DNA of 64,000 bases from Anaerohalosphaeraceae bacterium (GTDB lineage: Bacteria > Planctomycetota > Phycisphaerae > Sedimentisphaerales > Anaerohalosphaeraceae). The position numbers were made by a program, and so were the translations under genes. This document shows, in pieces, positions 1 to 10,115 of this stretch; the stretch's first letter is position 1; every line of letters starts with the position of its first letter. The notes beneath the pieces are model-generated. The model was given only the letters and a program-made list of their open reading frames with translations, ran no database searches and was not told the origin of the DNA. The DNA is taken from assembly GCA_050309605.1 (NCBI GenBank), contig JBNRMN010000034.1:64001-128000 (forward strand), written 5' to 3'.

Positions 1-1
1 G

Positions 2-463
2 CGCGAACTGACAGCCGATGACAGCGCTCGTGTTCGTGAGTTGGCGGCCTGGAAGAATTCGGTCCGCCACGCCTGGTCGGACCTGGACATTCAAAATGTG
101 GAAGTCCAGACCCGCGACGGCGAAGTTTTTGCTCACTGGAACGGCCGTCATCCTGAGTTGCAGGTGGGTTCGGAAATCAAGGTGAATGCCAAAGTGCGGC
201 TTGGCCGGCTCAATCCCGACGATGTGTCCGTTCAGATTTTCCACGGTGCGGTGGATTCGTCGGGACACATTGAAAATCCACAGATTGCCGAGATGCAGTT
301 TTTGGAAGGCTCGCTGGACGAGACCAAAACCGCCTCGTTTGTCGGTTCCATTCCCTGCCACAGTTCGGGCAAGCATGGTTTTTCACTGCGCGTCTTGCCG
401 CGGCACAAAGATTTGGTCGAACCGTATGAGCACGGGCTGATTTTGTGGGAATCCTCCAATTAG
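2..463 (+). CDS. glgP: C-terminal fragment of an alpha-glucan (glycogen/starch) phosphorylase, truncated by the window start
   Basis: Frame is open from base 2. The sequence 'LAAWK..V...W', 'V.A.V.LG.L.PDDVSVQ..HG' and 'SG.HGFSLRVLPRH.DL' resembles the C-terminal extension of long-form glucan phosphorylases. Confidence 0.75.
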   Translation, partial: RELTADDSARVRELAAWKNSVRHAWSDLDIQNVEVQTRDGEVFAHWNGRHPELQVGSEIKVNAKVRLGRLNPDDVSVQIFHGAVDSSGHIENPQIAEMQFLEGSLDETKTASFVGSIPCHSSGKHGFSLRVLPRHKDLVEPYEHGLILWESSN

Positions 464-533
464 TCGCGAGGGCGCAAGACAGAGAATGGGGTGATGTTTT
501 TCGTTCTCTGTCTTGTGTTCGTCGTGTGCCGGT

Positions 534-1514
534 TCATCGGTTCAGCAGAAACAGATACGCAATATAGCCGCAATAACCGGCAAACAGCAATGCCCCCGCA
601 GGCCGACCGATACGCCGCTGCGTAAAGGCGATCACCGCGAAAATCAGCGAGACTGTCGCCATCAGCCAATAATCTGTTCCTGCCAGCCGACTGCTGATCT
701 CAAACGGCCTGACCAGACCGGCCGTGCCGGGTACCAGCAGGGCGTTAAAGATGTTCGAGCCGACCAGATTGCCGATAGACAGGTCGTCATGCCCTTTTAC
801 GGAGGCAACCAGGCAGGTACTCAACTCCGGCAGCGACGTGCCGACTGCGACGATGGTCAGGCCGATAACCGCCTCCGAGATACCTGCGGCACGTCCCAGC
901 ACCGAGGCGCTGAGCACCGTCAGATGTGCTCCGGCGGCCAGACAGCCCAGCCCCACAGCAAGCAAGATGACCGACAGCAGCAACGATCGAGGAATATGAG
1001 CTGCCGCTTGCTCGATCCGGGTTTCCAGTTCGCTTAAGACCTGGCGGTCGGCCAGTGCCCGAAGACGTTCGGAATGAACCATCAGTGCAAGGATGCCGCA
1101 AAACAAGAAAATCAACATCAAAGACTCAATCCGAGACAGACGGGTATCAAAAAAAACCAGCCACAGGGCCAATGTCGCGGCCAGCATCAAAGGCAGATCG
1201 CGCCGCAGTACGGCCCGTTGGACGACAATCGGACGTATCGCGGCGCATAACCCGGCCACAAGAGCCAGATTGGCGATATTGGAGCCATAGATGTTGCCCA
1301 CGGCGATGTCGCCGGAGCCTGACAGGGCAGCGGCAATGCTGGCGGCGACCTCAGGCGCTGAGGTGCCCATAGCCACAATCGTCAGGCCGATAATCAGCGG
1401 CGTCATTCCCAGCCGTTCAGCCAAAGCAACGGCGCCGTCCACCAGCCAGTCCGCCCCCTTGACGAGGACGGCGATGCCGACCGGCAACAGCACGATGGCC
1501 CAAAACAGCGACAT
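534..1514 (-). CDS. Calcium/sodium antiporter (YrbG/CaCA family)
   Basis: Two alpha repeats, GTSAPE..GNIYGSNIAN and GTSLPE..GNLVGSNIFN; highly hydrophobic. ATG at 1514, with an alternative TTG at 1520. Confidence 0.92.
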   Translation of the reverse strand: MSLFWAIVLLPVGIAVLVKGADWLVDGAVALAERLGMTPLIIGLTIVAMGTSAPEVAASIAAALSGSGDIAVGNIYGSNIANLALVAGLCAAIRPIVVQRAVLRRDLPLMLAATLALWLVFFDTRLSRIESLMLIFLFCGILALMVHSERLRALADRQVLSELETRIEQAAAHIPRSLLLSVILLAVGLGCLAAGAHLTVLSASVLGRAAGISEAVIGLTIVAVGTSLPELSTCLVASVKGHDDLSIGNLVGSNIFNALLVPGTAGLVRPFEISSRLAGTDYWLMATVSLIFAVIAFTQRRIGRPAGALLFAGYCGYIAYLFLLNR

Positions 1515-1531
1515 TGTCAAAACTCCCGATT

Positions 1532-1577
1532 AAAAAAACTCCGACCGTTCGGCCGGTCCGACCGTTCGGCCGGAGTT
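1532..1577 (-). terminator. Intrinsic terminator after fabF, containing a 17-nt tandem duplication
   Basis: Minus strand reads AACTCCGGCCG...CGGTCGGAGTT followed by a U-tract; TCCGACCGTTCGGCCGG is repeated at 1540-1556 and 1557-1573. Confidence 0.7.
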
Positions 1578-1628
1578 CTAAGATGCGTTTAATCCAGAAA
1601 CTGTTGCAATTAAAAACTCTCGGTCGGG

Positions 1629-2873
1629 CTACACCTTTCCGATGACCAGGCTGCAATTGTGGCCGCCAAATCCCAAGGAGTTGCTCAGCACAAAGCGGAC
1701 ATTCGCCGAGCGTGCCTCTTTGGGGACATAATCCATTTTCGGGTCGCAATCCGGAGCGATTTCGTCGAGATTTGCCGTCGGATGGATAATACCCTTTTCC
1801 ACCGTTTTGCAGCAGGCGATCAATTCAATAGCGCCGCTGGCGCCGAGTGTGTGCCCGACACAGCTTTTGGTTGAGTTGACGGCCAGCTTGTAGGCATGGT
1901 CGCCGAAAACATGCTTAATGGCCAAGCACTCGGCGGCGTCGTTCAATTGCGTACTGGTTCCATGGGCATTGACATAATCGATCTTTTCAGGATCCAGTCT
2001 GGCCTGATCCAGGGCAAGCTGCATGGCTTCGGCCGCGCCGGAACCGTCCTCAAGCGGGGCGGTGATATGATAGCCGTCGCCGGTCGCCCCATAACCGAGC
2101 AGCTCGGCGTAAATCTTCGCGCCGCGTTTTTTGGCGTGTTCGTATTCCTCAATAACCAGCACGCCGGCGCCTTCCGAAAGAACAAACCCGTCGCGGTCTT
2201 TGTCAAAGGGTCGCGATGCGCAGGTCGGCTCATCGTTTCGGGTGCTCAGGGACCGCAGGGCGCAGAAGGAAGCCAACCCGATCGGGGTCAGTGCCGCCTC
2301 CGAACCGCCGGTGATACACACATCACTGCGGCCGCTCAGCACATTCCAAAACGCCTCGCCGATGGCGTGACTGGCCGAAGCACAGGCTGTCACCACGCAT
2401 AAGTTCGGTCCTTTCAGCTCGAATTGAATGGAGATACAGCCGCTGGCGGCGTTGCCCATCAGTTTCGGTACGCAAAAAGGCGAGACCTTTCGCGGGCCTT
2501 TTTTCAGCAGTCGAATGTGCTGATCCTCGATTTCCTTGATGCCGCCGATACCCGTACCGATAATCACCCCGATACGTCGGCGGTCTTCTTTGTCGAAGTC
2601 CAATCCGCTGTCCCGGACGGCCTGAATCGCTGAGGCCAGAGCCATCTGCGTAAACCGATCCATCCGCTTGCCTTCGCGCACCCCGGCGTAGTTTTCGATA
2701 TTGAATTGTTTGATTTCACCGCCGATTTTAACCGGATACTGTGCGGTATCAAACGACTCAATCACGGAAATACCGCTGCGGGCCTGACAAAGCCCCTCAA
2801 ACAGCGATTCAGCCGATTCAGCCAGCGGCGTTACACATCCCAGGCCTGTTATAACAACACGACGTTCTGTCAT
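1629..2873 (-). CDS. fabF: Beta-ketoacyl-ACP synthase II
   Basis: RRVVITGLG, TACAS catalytic Cys, NAHGTST, KS.VGH.LGA and NSLGFGGHN motifs; fab operon context. Confidence 0.97.
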   Translation of the reverse strand: MTERRVVITGLGCVTPLAESAESLFEGLCQARSGISVIESFDTAQYPVKIGGEIKQFNIENYAGVREGKRMDRFTQMALASAIQAVRDSGLDFDKEDRRRIGVIIGTGIGGIKEIEDQHIRLLKKGPRKVSPFCVPKLMGNAASGCISIQFELKGPNLCVVTACASASHAIGEAFWNVLSGRSDVCITGGSEAALTPIGLASFCALRSLSTRNDEPTCASRPFDKDRDGFVLSEGAGVLVIEEYEHAKKRGAKIYAELLGYGATGDGYHITAPLEDGSGAAEAMQLALDQARLDPEKIDYVNAHGTSTQLNDAAECLAIKHVFGDHAYKLAVNSTKSCVGHTLGASGAIELIACCKTVEKGIIHPTANLDEIAPDCDPKMDYVPKEARSANVRFVLSNSLGFGGHNCSLVIGKV

Positions 2874-2888
2874 AGCGGTCCTGTGTGA

Positions 2889-3158
2889 TTATTGTTTTTC
2901 CTGCTGGCTTTTGGCAATTTCGACAATGTAGTCGATGGCGGCGCCGACGGTCTGAATCTTCTCGGCCTCTTCGTCCGGAATGCTCATATCAAACTCATCC
3001 TCGAACTCCATGACCAGCTCCACCGTATCCAATGAGTCGGCGTTCAGATCGTTGATGAACGACGTTTCGCGCGTAATCTCGGACTTGTCCACGCCCATTT
3101 GTTCGCTGACGATCTCAATGACTTTTGCCTCAATGGCTTGAACATCTACATCTGCCAC
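2889..3158 (-). CDS. acpP: Acyl carrier protein
   Basis: [14 protein letters not shown] phosphopantetheine motif; acidic protein; GTG start with AGGAG RBS. Confidence 0.97.
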   Translation of the reverse strand: MADVDVQAIEAKVIEIVSEQMGVDKSEITRETSFINDLNADSLDTVELVMEFEDEFDMSIPDEEAEKIQTVGAAIDYIVEIAKSQQEKQ

Positions 3159-3301
3159 TTTTATACTCCTTAAAAACGTATCCAGGTTTCTGTTTTTAAT
3201 CCGTTAAATTCCGCTAAAGTGTGATTTCACACGGGTTTCGGCGGTACTATACAGGCCGATTGAGCCGTTTTCAATCATTTTTTAACAAAAATATTGCCAA
3301 A

Positions 3302-4036
3302 TTACATAGCCATTCCGCCATCGACACAAAGCACCTGACCGGTAATATAGCCGGCTTCATCGGAGGCCAAAAAGGCCACCGCACGGGCTACTTCTTCAGG
3401 GGTGCCAAAGCGTTTGACCGGAATGACCGCCAGAGCGCCTTGTTTGACGGCATCGGGCAGGATCTCCGTCATATCGGTCATAATAAAGCCGGGGGCGATG
3501 CAATTGGCGGTGACGTTCTTTTTGCCGACTTCGCGGGCGATGGATTTGGTCATCCCGATCAATCCGGCCTTGCTGGCGGCGTAGTTGGCCGAGCCGGCCT
3601 GTCCCATTACGCCGGCCACCGAACTGATATTGATGATCCGACCGAATTTCTGCCGTACCATTGAGCGGGCCGCAACGCGCGTGGCGACAAACGCAGCCCT
3701 CAGATTGACGGCGATGACCTTATCAAAGTCGTCATCATCCATCTGAATCATCAGCTTATCGCGGGTAATACCGGCATTATTGACCAAAATACCGATGCCG
3801 CCGTGTTCATCAGCCAGACTGTCGAGTGTCTCGGTCAGTTTGTCGGTGTTTGTAATGTCCACACATCGTGTCAGCACGCTGTGGCCGGCTTCTTTCACAA
3901 TCGTTTCCAGTTCGGCCAATTGCTCGACATTCAAATCCAGCCCGGCCACCGTACGACCCTGCTTGAGCAATTCGAGCACGATGGCCCGCCCAATGCCGCG
4001 TGCGGCTCCGGTTACAACAGCTAAACGTTGCGTCAT
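3302..4036 (-). CDS. fabG: 3-oxoacyl-ACP reductase
   Basis: TGAARGIG, NNAGITRD and YAASK SDR motifs; fab context. Confidence 0.96.
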   Translation of the reverse strand: MTQRLAVVTGAARGIGRAIVLELLKQGRTVAGLDLNVEQLAELETIVKEAGHSVLTRCVDITNTDKLTETLDSLADEHGGIGILVNNAGITRDKLMIQMDDDDFDKVIAVNLRAAFVATRVAARSMVRQKFGRIINISSVAGVMGQAGSANYAASKAGLIGMTKSIAREVGKKNVTANCIAPGFIMTDMTEILPDAVKQGALAVIPVKRFGTPEEVARAVAFLASDEAGYITGQVLCVDGGMAM

Positions 4037-4096
4037 TTTAACCTGTCCTTACTTAAATCCGATTTACCACGTCTATTAGTCTTTTAATAGATCGAT

Positions 4097-5029
4097 TTAC
4101 TTCTGTAATTGCCGCAGCGCATCCCATGTGCTGAGATTAATGATTTTGGCGCGTCGATGAATTCGTTTCATCAGTCCGGTCAGAACGCGCCCCGGCCCGA
4201 TTTCGTAAAAATCCTCAACGCCGTCGGCCAAAAGCCGCTCCATGCACTTATGCCAAAGGATCGGCTGAACGAGCTGGCGAACCAGACCGTCGCGGATGGC
4301 CTCGGCGTCGGTATAATAGTCGGCGTTGATGTTGGCGATGACCTTGGGTTCCGTTGGGGATTGAATGGGGCACTCGGCCAGTGCCTGCTTGAGCTGCTCG
4401 GCGGCCGGCGCCATCATCGAGGTATGAAACGCGCCGGCTACTGCCAGCGGGACAGCCTTCATCGCGCCGTATGACTCGGCACGCTGTTCGGCCCGCCGAC
4501 ACGCCTCGACCGTTCCACTCACGACAATTTGGCCGGGGCAGTTGAAATTGACCGGCTCCAATACTTCGCCCTGTGCCGCGTCCTGGCACAACGCCCGTAC
4601 TTTCTCCTCGTCCAGTCCGAGAATACTGACCATTGAACCGGTTGAGGCGTCCGCGGCGGCCTGCATTGCCCGGCCGCGTTCCTGGACAAGACGCAATGCG
4701 TCCTCAAAGCCCATCAGACCGGCCGCGTACAGGGCAGAATATTCGCCCATGCTCAGGCCGGCGGTTACGTCCGGTTTGAGTTCAGGATGATCCTGCTTAA
4801 GAATCTCCATCATACACGCCGTGACCACGAATATCGCCGGCTGAGAGACCGTGGTCGCGTTCAACTGCTCTTCGGGGCCGTCAAAGCACACCCCGCGCAG
4901 ATCGTAGCCGACAATGTGGTTGGCTTTCTCAAACAGCGCCGCAGCGGCAGGGGACTGCTGAACAAGGTCTTTGCCCATACCGACGACCTGAGCGCCCTGA
5001 CCCGGAAATAAAAATGCAGTTTTCATCAT
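4097..5029 (-). CDS. fabD: Malonyl-CoA:ACP transacylase
   Basis: FPGQGAQ, GLSMGEY (the GHSxG motif carries H->L) and VAGAFHT. Confidence 0.95.
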   Translation of the reverse strand: MMKTAFLFPGQGAQVVGMGKDLVQQSPAAAALFEKANHIVGYDLRGVCFDGPEEQLNATTVSQPAIFVVTACMMEILKQDHPELKPDVTAGLSMGEYSALYAAGLMGFEDALRLVQERGRAMQAAADASTGSMVSILGLDEEKVRALCQDAAQGEVLEPVNFNCPGQIVVSGTVEACRRAEQRAESYGAMKAVPLAVAGAFHTSMMAPAAEQLKQALAECPIQSPTEPKVIANINADYYTDAEAIRDGLVRQLVQPILWHKCMERLLADGVEDFYEIGPGRVLTGLMKRIHRRAKIINLSTWDALRQLQK

Positions 5030-5065
5030 CAATTCAACGATTAAAACTCAAAATGAAGGTTTTGC

Positions 5066-6082
5066 CTACAATTGTATGACGTTCGCGCCCCACGTCAAAC
5101 CGCCGCCGAACGCGACCAGCAGGACGATATCACCTTGCTGGAGTTTGCCGAGACGTCGGCATTCATCCAGCGCGATAGGAATGGAAGCGGCGGACGTGTT
5201 GCCGTATTTGTCAATGTTAATAAAAATCTGTTCATCAGAAAAATTCAGCCGTTTGCCGACGGATTCAATGATGCGGGCGTTCATCTGGTGGGGGATGAAC
5301 ATCTTGATTTGATCGACATTGAGGTCGCATTTTTCAAGGCATTCCTTCACCAGTTCCACAATGCGGCGAACGGCCAATTGATAGATTTCGCGTCCCTGGA
5401 TGTTCATATAGACCATTTTCGGGTCGGCAAGCGGTTTGCTGACGGGATTGCGCGAACCGTAGGCAAGGCAATTCAGCGAGGTCCAGCCCCGTCCGTCTGA
5501 AAAGGAGGTGCTGTACATCAATCCCATCGATCCGGACTCGGCGGCCTTGACGACCACGGCGCCGGCGCCGTCACCGAACAAAATACAGCTTCCGCGGTCG
5601 CTGTAATCGGTAATTCGGCTCAGGGTTTCCGCTCCCATCACCAGTGCGGATTTATATCGTCCGGAACTGATAAATTGCTGTGCGATAGACAGGCCATAGA
5701 CGAACCCGCTGCATGCGGCCGAGAGATCAAACGCCCAGGCGTTGACCGCCCCGATCATTTCCTGTACAAAACAGGCCGTCGCCGGAAAGACCATCTCCGG
5801 CGTGATGGTGGCCGTAATAATCAGCTCGATCTCCGAGGCATCCATCCCCGCATCCGCCAGAGCGTTGCGGGACGCCTCGGCAGCCAACGTGGCGGTGGTG
5901 TCTGTGTCGTCGGCAATATGCCGGACTTTGATGCCGGTGCGCGTGGTAATCCACTCGTCGGAGGTATCCACAAAGGTCGTAAAATCTTCGTTGGTCAGTA
6001 CCTTTTGCGGAACGGACGAGCCGGTGCCCGCGATAATGGCTCGATAGCGTGCCTCCGATTGTAATGTGGGATTATTCACCAT
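5066..6082 (-). CDS. fabH: Beta-ketoacyl-ACP synthase III
   Basis: AACSGF, HQMN, GNTSAAS and FGGGLTWG. Start placed at ATG 6082, overlapping the plsX stop. Confidence 0.95.
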   Translation of the reverse strand: MVNNPTLQSEARYRAIIAGTGSSVPQKVLTNEDFTTFVDTSDEWITTRTGIKVRHIADDTDTTATLAAEASRNALADAGMDASEIELIITATITPEMVFPATACFVQEMIGAVNAWAFDLSAACSGFVYGLSIAQQFISSGRYKSALVMGAETLSRITDYSDRGSCILFGDGAGAVVVKAAESGSMGLMYSTSFSDGRGWTSLNCLAYGSRNPVSKPLADPKMVYMNIQGREIYQLAVRRIVELVKECLEKCDLNVDQIKMFIPHQMNARIIESVGKRLNFSDEQIFINIDKYGNTSAASIPIALDECRRLGKLQQGDIVLLVAFGGGLTWGANVIQL

Positions 6083-7085
6083 TGTTCGACACCGATGTTT
6101 TGGAAATTGCACTGACGATTTGCGTGTTGATTTTTTTATCATAAAACCGTTTGCAGGCGGAGATGGCGTTTTTAATGGTTCGGGCCTTGCTGGAGCCGTG
6201 GCAAATAATCGCCGTTCCGTTGACACCCAGCAGCAGTGCTCCGCCGTATTCATGGTAATCATATTTTTTGAAGATGCTCTTGGCTACAGACTTAAACCAC
6301 AGTGCCAGCAGCTTGTTGCGCGTCATCAACTCGGCCTTGATGGCCTTAAAAACCATATTGGCCATGCCCTCGGACAATTTTAGAATGACATTGCCGACGA
6401 AGCCTTCACAAATCACCACGTCGCACTTGCCCTCGAACAGATCGCGTCCTTCCAGATACCCGATATAATTCAGATTCGGATCGTTTTTCAGCAGCAGCCG
6501 CGTTTTTTTGATCAGGTCGGTTCCTTTGGCGTCTTCTTCGCCGATGTTCATCATTCCGATGCGCGGCGATTCGATGCCGAACATTTCACGTGCATAAACC
6601 CCGGCCATGATGGCATATTGGTACAAATGAATCGGCTTGCAGGCGATGTTGGCGCCGACGTCGCAAATGGTAACCGGCCCGCCATATGTCGGCAACACGA
6701 CGGCGATGCCCGGACGCGATACCCCTTCCAGCGTTCGCATTCGAATCTGACAGGCCGCGACACAAGCGCCGGTATTTCCGGCCGAAAGCACTGCGTCAAC
6801 CTGGCGGTGCGATGCAGCGTGGGCCATGACGGCAATCGAGCTTTTGGGCTTGCGCCGCAGCGATTCAATCGGCGACTCATTCATTCCAATCACATCGGGT
6901 GCCTGGAATATACGAAAGGTGTCCGCCGGCATTTTCAGCGCAATCAATTGGTCGCGGATCACGGATTCGTCGCCGACCAATACGATTTCATCGTCTTGAC
7001 CGAGGACATCCCTGCCCTGCAACGCCCCGGCGATAATTTCGCCGGGAGCATAATCGCCGCCCATAGCATCGATTGCGATGCGCAT
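6072..7085 (-). CDS. plsX: Phosphate acyltransferase
   Basis: IAIDAMGGDYAP, SAGNTGA and GF.GNVILK..EG motifs. Confidence 0.97.
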   Translation of the reverse strand: MRIAIDAMGGDYAPGEIIAGALQGRDVLGQDDEIVLVGDESVIRDQLIALKMPADTFRIFQAPDVIGMNESPIESLRRKPKSSIAVMAHAASHRQVDAVLSAGNTGACVAACQIRMRTLEGVSRPGIAVVLPTYGGPVTICDVGANIACKPIHLYQYAIMAGVYAREMFGIESPRIGMMNIGEEDAKGTDLIKKTRLLLKNDPNLNYIGYLEGRDLFEGKCDVVICEGFVGNVILKLSEGMANMVFKAIKAELMTRNKLLALWFKSVAKSIFKKYDYHEYGGALLLGVNGTAIICHGSSKARTIKNAISACKRFYDKKINTQIVSAISKTSVSNNGE

Positions 7086-7087
7086 CG

Positions 7088-7276
7088 TTAACTTTCGGCC
7101 TCCTCAGCGAACTTCAGCGTAATACTGTCGTTGAGGTATCCGCACTGGCCGCAGGCTGCGTGCGGCAGCTTGGCCGAGCCGCATTGCTTGCACAGTGAAT
7201 AATTGACCGGACGCAGTGCGTGATGAGCACGACGACTGCGCGTCTTGGCGCGACTGAGTTTCTTAACCGGAAGCAT
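7088..7276 (-). CDS. rpmF: 50S ribosomal protein L32
   Basis: Basic N-terminus; CxxC..HAACxxCGY zinc ribbon; directly upstream of plsX. Confidence 0.95.
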   Translation of the reverse strand: MLPVKKLSRAKTRSRRAHHALRPVNYSLCKQCGSAKLPHAACGQCGYLNDSITLKFAEEAES

Positions 7277-7677
7277 AGTTTCTGTTTACTCCACAAATTG
7301 TATAACGCGGTTATTGGTACTGTCCGTTCGTCTTAATGGGTTTATACTCCTTTTTTGCTGTACCGGACGATGTCCCCGGAACGGCCGAAAATCAAAAAAA
7401 GCCCGCCTGGAAGTCCTATTTCTATATCAGACCGGGGGCTTTCCGTAAAGCAAAAACCACATAAAAAAAAGAATCTATAACGTCTCGAACCCCCGCTGTC
7501 AAGACAATAACGCAAAACATTCCACAAAATATGGAATTTATTTGAAAGATTCCGATTGAAAAGCCGTAAGAAATATTGTAGATTACAGACCTTTGGGACT
7601 GAGCCGCGGAGCTGATATGCAGGGTGATGACGCCGAGAAACGGATATATCGGACTTACTGAAGGGATTGTTTGAATT

Positions 7678-8538
7678 ATGGGTCGGCAAGCAAATTTTTC
7701 CGAACTGCGGGATGCCATTCGGCAGGGACAAGCCAAGATCGCACAGGGGCTTAAAACCGGCCAAATGCGTTCGGATCGAGACAAGGCAGGCGCCGGCCGC
7801 GTGCCCCGGCTTGATCCTGCCCACGAGGTGTTGGGCCAAAAGCCGACGTTGACGGGAAAAGCCGCCATTTTTCAGGGGCGAAAGAAACCCCGATTTCGGT
7901 TTTCACTGCCGAAATTGCCGACAATTCGAATTCAGCTGCCGCAGATGTCGCTGCTGCCTATGCGATCTGTCGTGTCCGGTATTGCGGCGGTTCTGGTTGT
8001 GGGGCTTGTGGTTTTTGTGGTGTTTTGGATTGGAAAGGTCCTGGTTGGGTCAGGGACGACGCCCCCGGTCGCTGAGGTCGATCCGGCGGTCCAGCAGCCG
8101 GCCGTTGCGCCGGGGCCTTCTGAGCCGGTTCTGACAGGGCGGCAACCTGCCCCTGTTGAGCGTCAGTCACCGCAAGAAACCGCAGCGGTGCGGACTGAGA
8201 CGGTTCAGCCTACACAAACGCCGGCGGTTTCAACCCCAAGTACCGGCAATAATGTGATCGTGATACAGGGTATTGCGACTGCACGCGAAAATGAACTGCG
8301 CTCTGTGCAGGAATTTTTTGCTCGCCACGGCATTGAGACGGAAATTATCCGAGGCGGCAATAACTACAGTCGTTTGGTGACGAAAGGCCGATTTGAAAAT
8401 CCCAATCGGCCGGGTACCGACGGCTATGAGATGAGAATGAAAATCAGGAATGTCGGGAAACGGTATCCGGCCGAAACCGGTGATACGAAGTTCGGTACCG
8501 AGCCGTTTCAGGATGCGTATGGTCTATTAAGACAGTAA
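7678..8538 (+). CDS. Single-pass membrane protein with a Pro-rich linker and a possible SPOR-like C-terminal domain
   Basis: Basic N-terminus, one hydrophobic TM (about aa 98-124), a P/Q/T-rich stalk and a compact C-terminal domain. SPOR similarity is an inference. Confidence 0.65.
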   Translation: MGRQANFSELRDAIRQGQAKIAQGLKTGQMRSDRDKAGAGRVPRLDPAHEVLGQKPTLTGKAAIFQGRKKPRFRFSLPKLPTIRIQLPQMSLLPMRSVVSGIAAVLVVGLVVFVVFWIGKVLVGSGTTPPVAEVDPAVQQPAVAPGPSEPVLTGRQPAPVERQSPQETAAVRTETVQPTQTPAVSTPSTGNNVIVIQGIATARENELRSVQEFFARHGIETEIIRGGNNYSRLVTKGRFENPNRPGTDGYEMRMKIRNVGKRYPAETGDTKFGTEPFQDAYGLLRQ

Positions 8539-8564
8539 TTTTTTGATATGCAGGAGAGTTGATA

Positions 8565-8726
8565 ATGTCAGTGGATCCTTCGTTAAAAGTGAAAAGTGCG
8601 TTGATGCGCCACCGCAATGTGTTGTCGCGCGAAGAGCGGATCAAAGTTCTCCGGTCGGAAGACCGCTGGAAAGAGGGCGATAAGGTCATGGGACTTCCCA
8701 AGGTCGCCCACCGCAAAATTACGTAA
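8565..8726 (+). CDS. PVC-superphylum small basic protein (53 aa, absent from the ORF track)
   Basis: Manual translation MSVDPSLKVKSALMRHRNVLSREERIKVLRSEDRWKEGDKVMGLPKVAHRKIT; AGGAG RBS; matches the RNVL.R.ERI...W..G....GLPK pattern of the PVC signature protein. Confidence 0.9.
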   Translation: MSVDPSLKVKSALMRHRNVLSREERIKVLRSEDRWKEGDKVMGLPKVAHRKIT

Positions 8727-8848
8727 TCCGGAGTGTGTCGGAGTGCATCGGTGCCGCGCCGTGCGAGACGGTGTTCTCCTGCGGGCGGCATTCTGTTGCG
8801 CCCTGCGGCAGTTGACCCTGAAATTTGCCTTTGTTGTCGAGTGAACGG

Positions 8849-9970
8849 ATGAAGACTTATCTTGCAGAGCGAACGAAGCTGATTGATGCCAGTGGTATCC
8901 GCAAAGTATTTGCCCTGGGCGCGACGCTGAAAGACCCGATTAATTTTTCGATCGGCCAGCCGGAGTTTGATGTGCCTGAGGCGGTCAAAGAGGCGGCCAT
9001 CGGGGCGATTCGCGATGGACAAAACCGCTATTCCCAGACCGCCGGCGAGAATGCCGTGCTTGAGATGCTCCGTCCCCGTGTCAAAGCCGACACGGGCTGG
9101 GATGCGCCGCAGGTGATGTTGACCAACGGCGTCAGCGGGGGGTTGTTGCTGGCGTTTATGGCGCTGATTAATCCCGGCGATGAGGTCATTGTGCCGGATC
9201 CTTATTTCGTGATGTATAAACATCTGGTGCGGATGCTGGGCGGCAAATGTGTGTTTGTGGACTGCTATCCTGATTTTACACTGCCGGTTGAGAAGATCGC
9301 GGCCGCGGTGACGGACAGGACCAAGCTGATTATTCTCAATTCGCCGTCCAATCCGACCGGTCAGGTCTATAGTGAACAGGAGATCAAGGCGGTTGTCAAG
9401 ATTGCCGAGGAACGGGATATTCTCCTGCTCAGCGACGAAATCTACGAGCTGTTCAGCTACGAGCATCCCCATTTATGTATCGGGCGGTATTACGACAAGA
9501 CGCTGCTGCTGAAAGGCTTCGGCAAAAGCTACGGCATGACCGGTTGGCGGATGGGCTATGCGGCCTGTTCGGAGGCGCTCAAGCCGCTGATGGAATCGAT
9601 GCTGATGATTCAGCAATATACGTTTGTCTGTGCGCCGACGCCGTTTCAATTGGCGCTGCCGACGGCGATGGACTACGATATGAGCAGTTATGTGCAGGCG
9701 TATCGAACCAAACGGGATATGCTGTATGACGGGCTGAAAGAGACGTTCACTGTTCACAAGCCCGGCGGGGCGTTTTATATGTTCGCCGAAAAGCCCGAAC
9801 GGTACGCCACGGCGACCGATTTTGTCAAAGATGCCATCGCCCACAATGTGCTGATCATCCCCGGCAACGTCTTCAGTGAGCATGACAGCCATTTCCGGAT
9901 GTGCTATACCACCACCGAAGACAAAATCCGCCAGGGCATTGACATCCTCTGCCGTCTGGCGAAAGGGTAA
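8849..9970 (+). CDS. PLP-dependent class I/II aminotransferase
   Basis: NSPSNPTG, SDEIY and GFGKSYGMTGWRMG (PLP Lys) motifs. Confidence 0.93.
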   Translation: MKTYLAERTKLIDASGIRKVFALGATLKDPINFSIGQPEFDVPEAVKEAAIGAIRDGQNRYSQTAGENAVLEMLRPRVKADTGWDAPQVMLTNGVSGGLLLAFMALINPGDEVIVPDPYFVMYKHLVRMLGGKCVFVDCYPDFTLPVEKIAAAVTDRTKLIILNSPSNPTGQVYSEQEIKAVVKIAEERDILLLSDEIYELFSYEHPHLCIGRYYDKTLLLKGFGKSYGMTGWRMGYAACSEALKPLMESMLMIQQYTFVCAPTPFQLALPTAMDYDMSSYVQAYRTKRDMLYDGLKETFTVHKPGGAFYMFAEKPERYATATDFVKDAIAHNVLIIPGNVFSEHDSHFRMCYTTTEDKIRQGIDILCRLAKG

Positions 9971-10042
9971 AACAGAGGCATTCATTGCCCCTCATCATAG
10001 CCCCCGTGGAATGGAATGGATTGAATGCAACAAGAACATTGT

Positions 10043-10078
10043 CGGCGCGTCTGAAATAAGCGGACGCGCCGTTTTTTT
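10043..10078 (+). terminator. Intrinsic terminator
   Basis: CGGCGCGTCTG-aaataag-CGGACGCGCCG followed by T7. Confidence 0.85.
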
Positions 10079-10115
10079 GTTGTATTATCAGATTTTTGGC
10101 TATACGATTGCTTTT

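Noticed and set aside
6083..6262. N-terminal extension of fabH (also the long starts given for pdaD, the MBL hydrolase and dsrE)
   Set aside because: These overlap upstream genes, and homology begins at the later ATG.
8727..8848. Possible structured RNA or tRNA-Sec between the small basic protein and the aminotransferase
   Set aside because: GC-rich with some pairing, but no cloverleaf, UCA anticodon arm or known riboswitch consensus.
9876..10115. N-terminal extension of the nfeD ORF
   Set aside because: It overlaps the aminotransferase and spans an intrinsic terminator.
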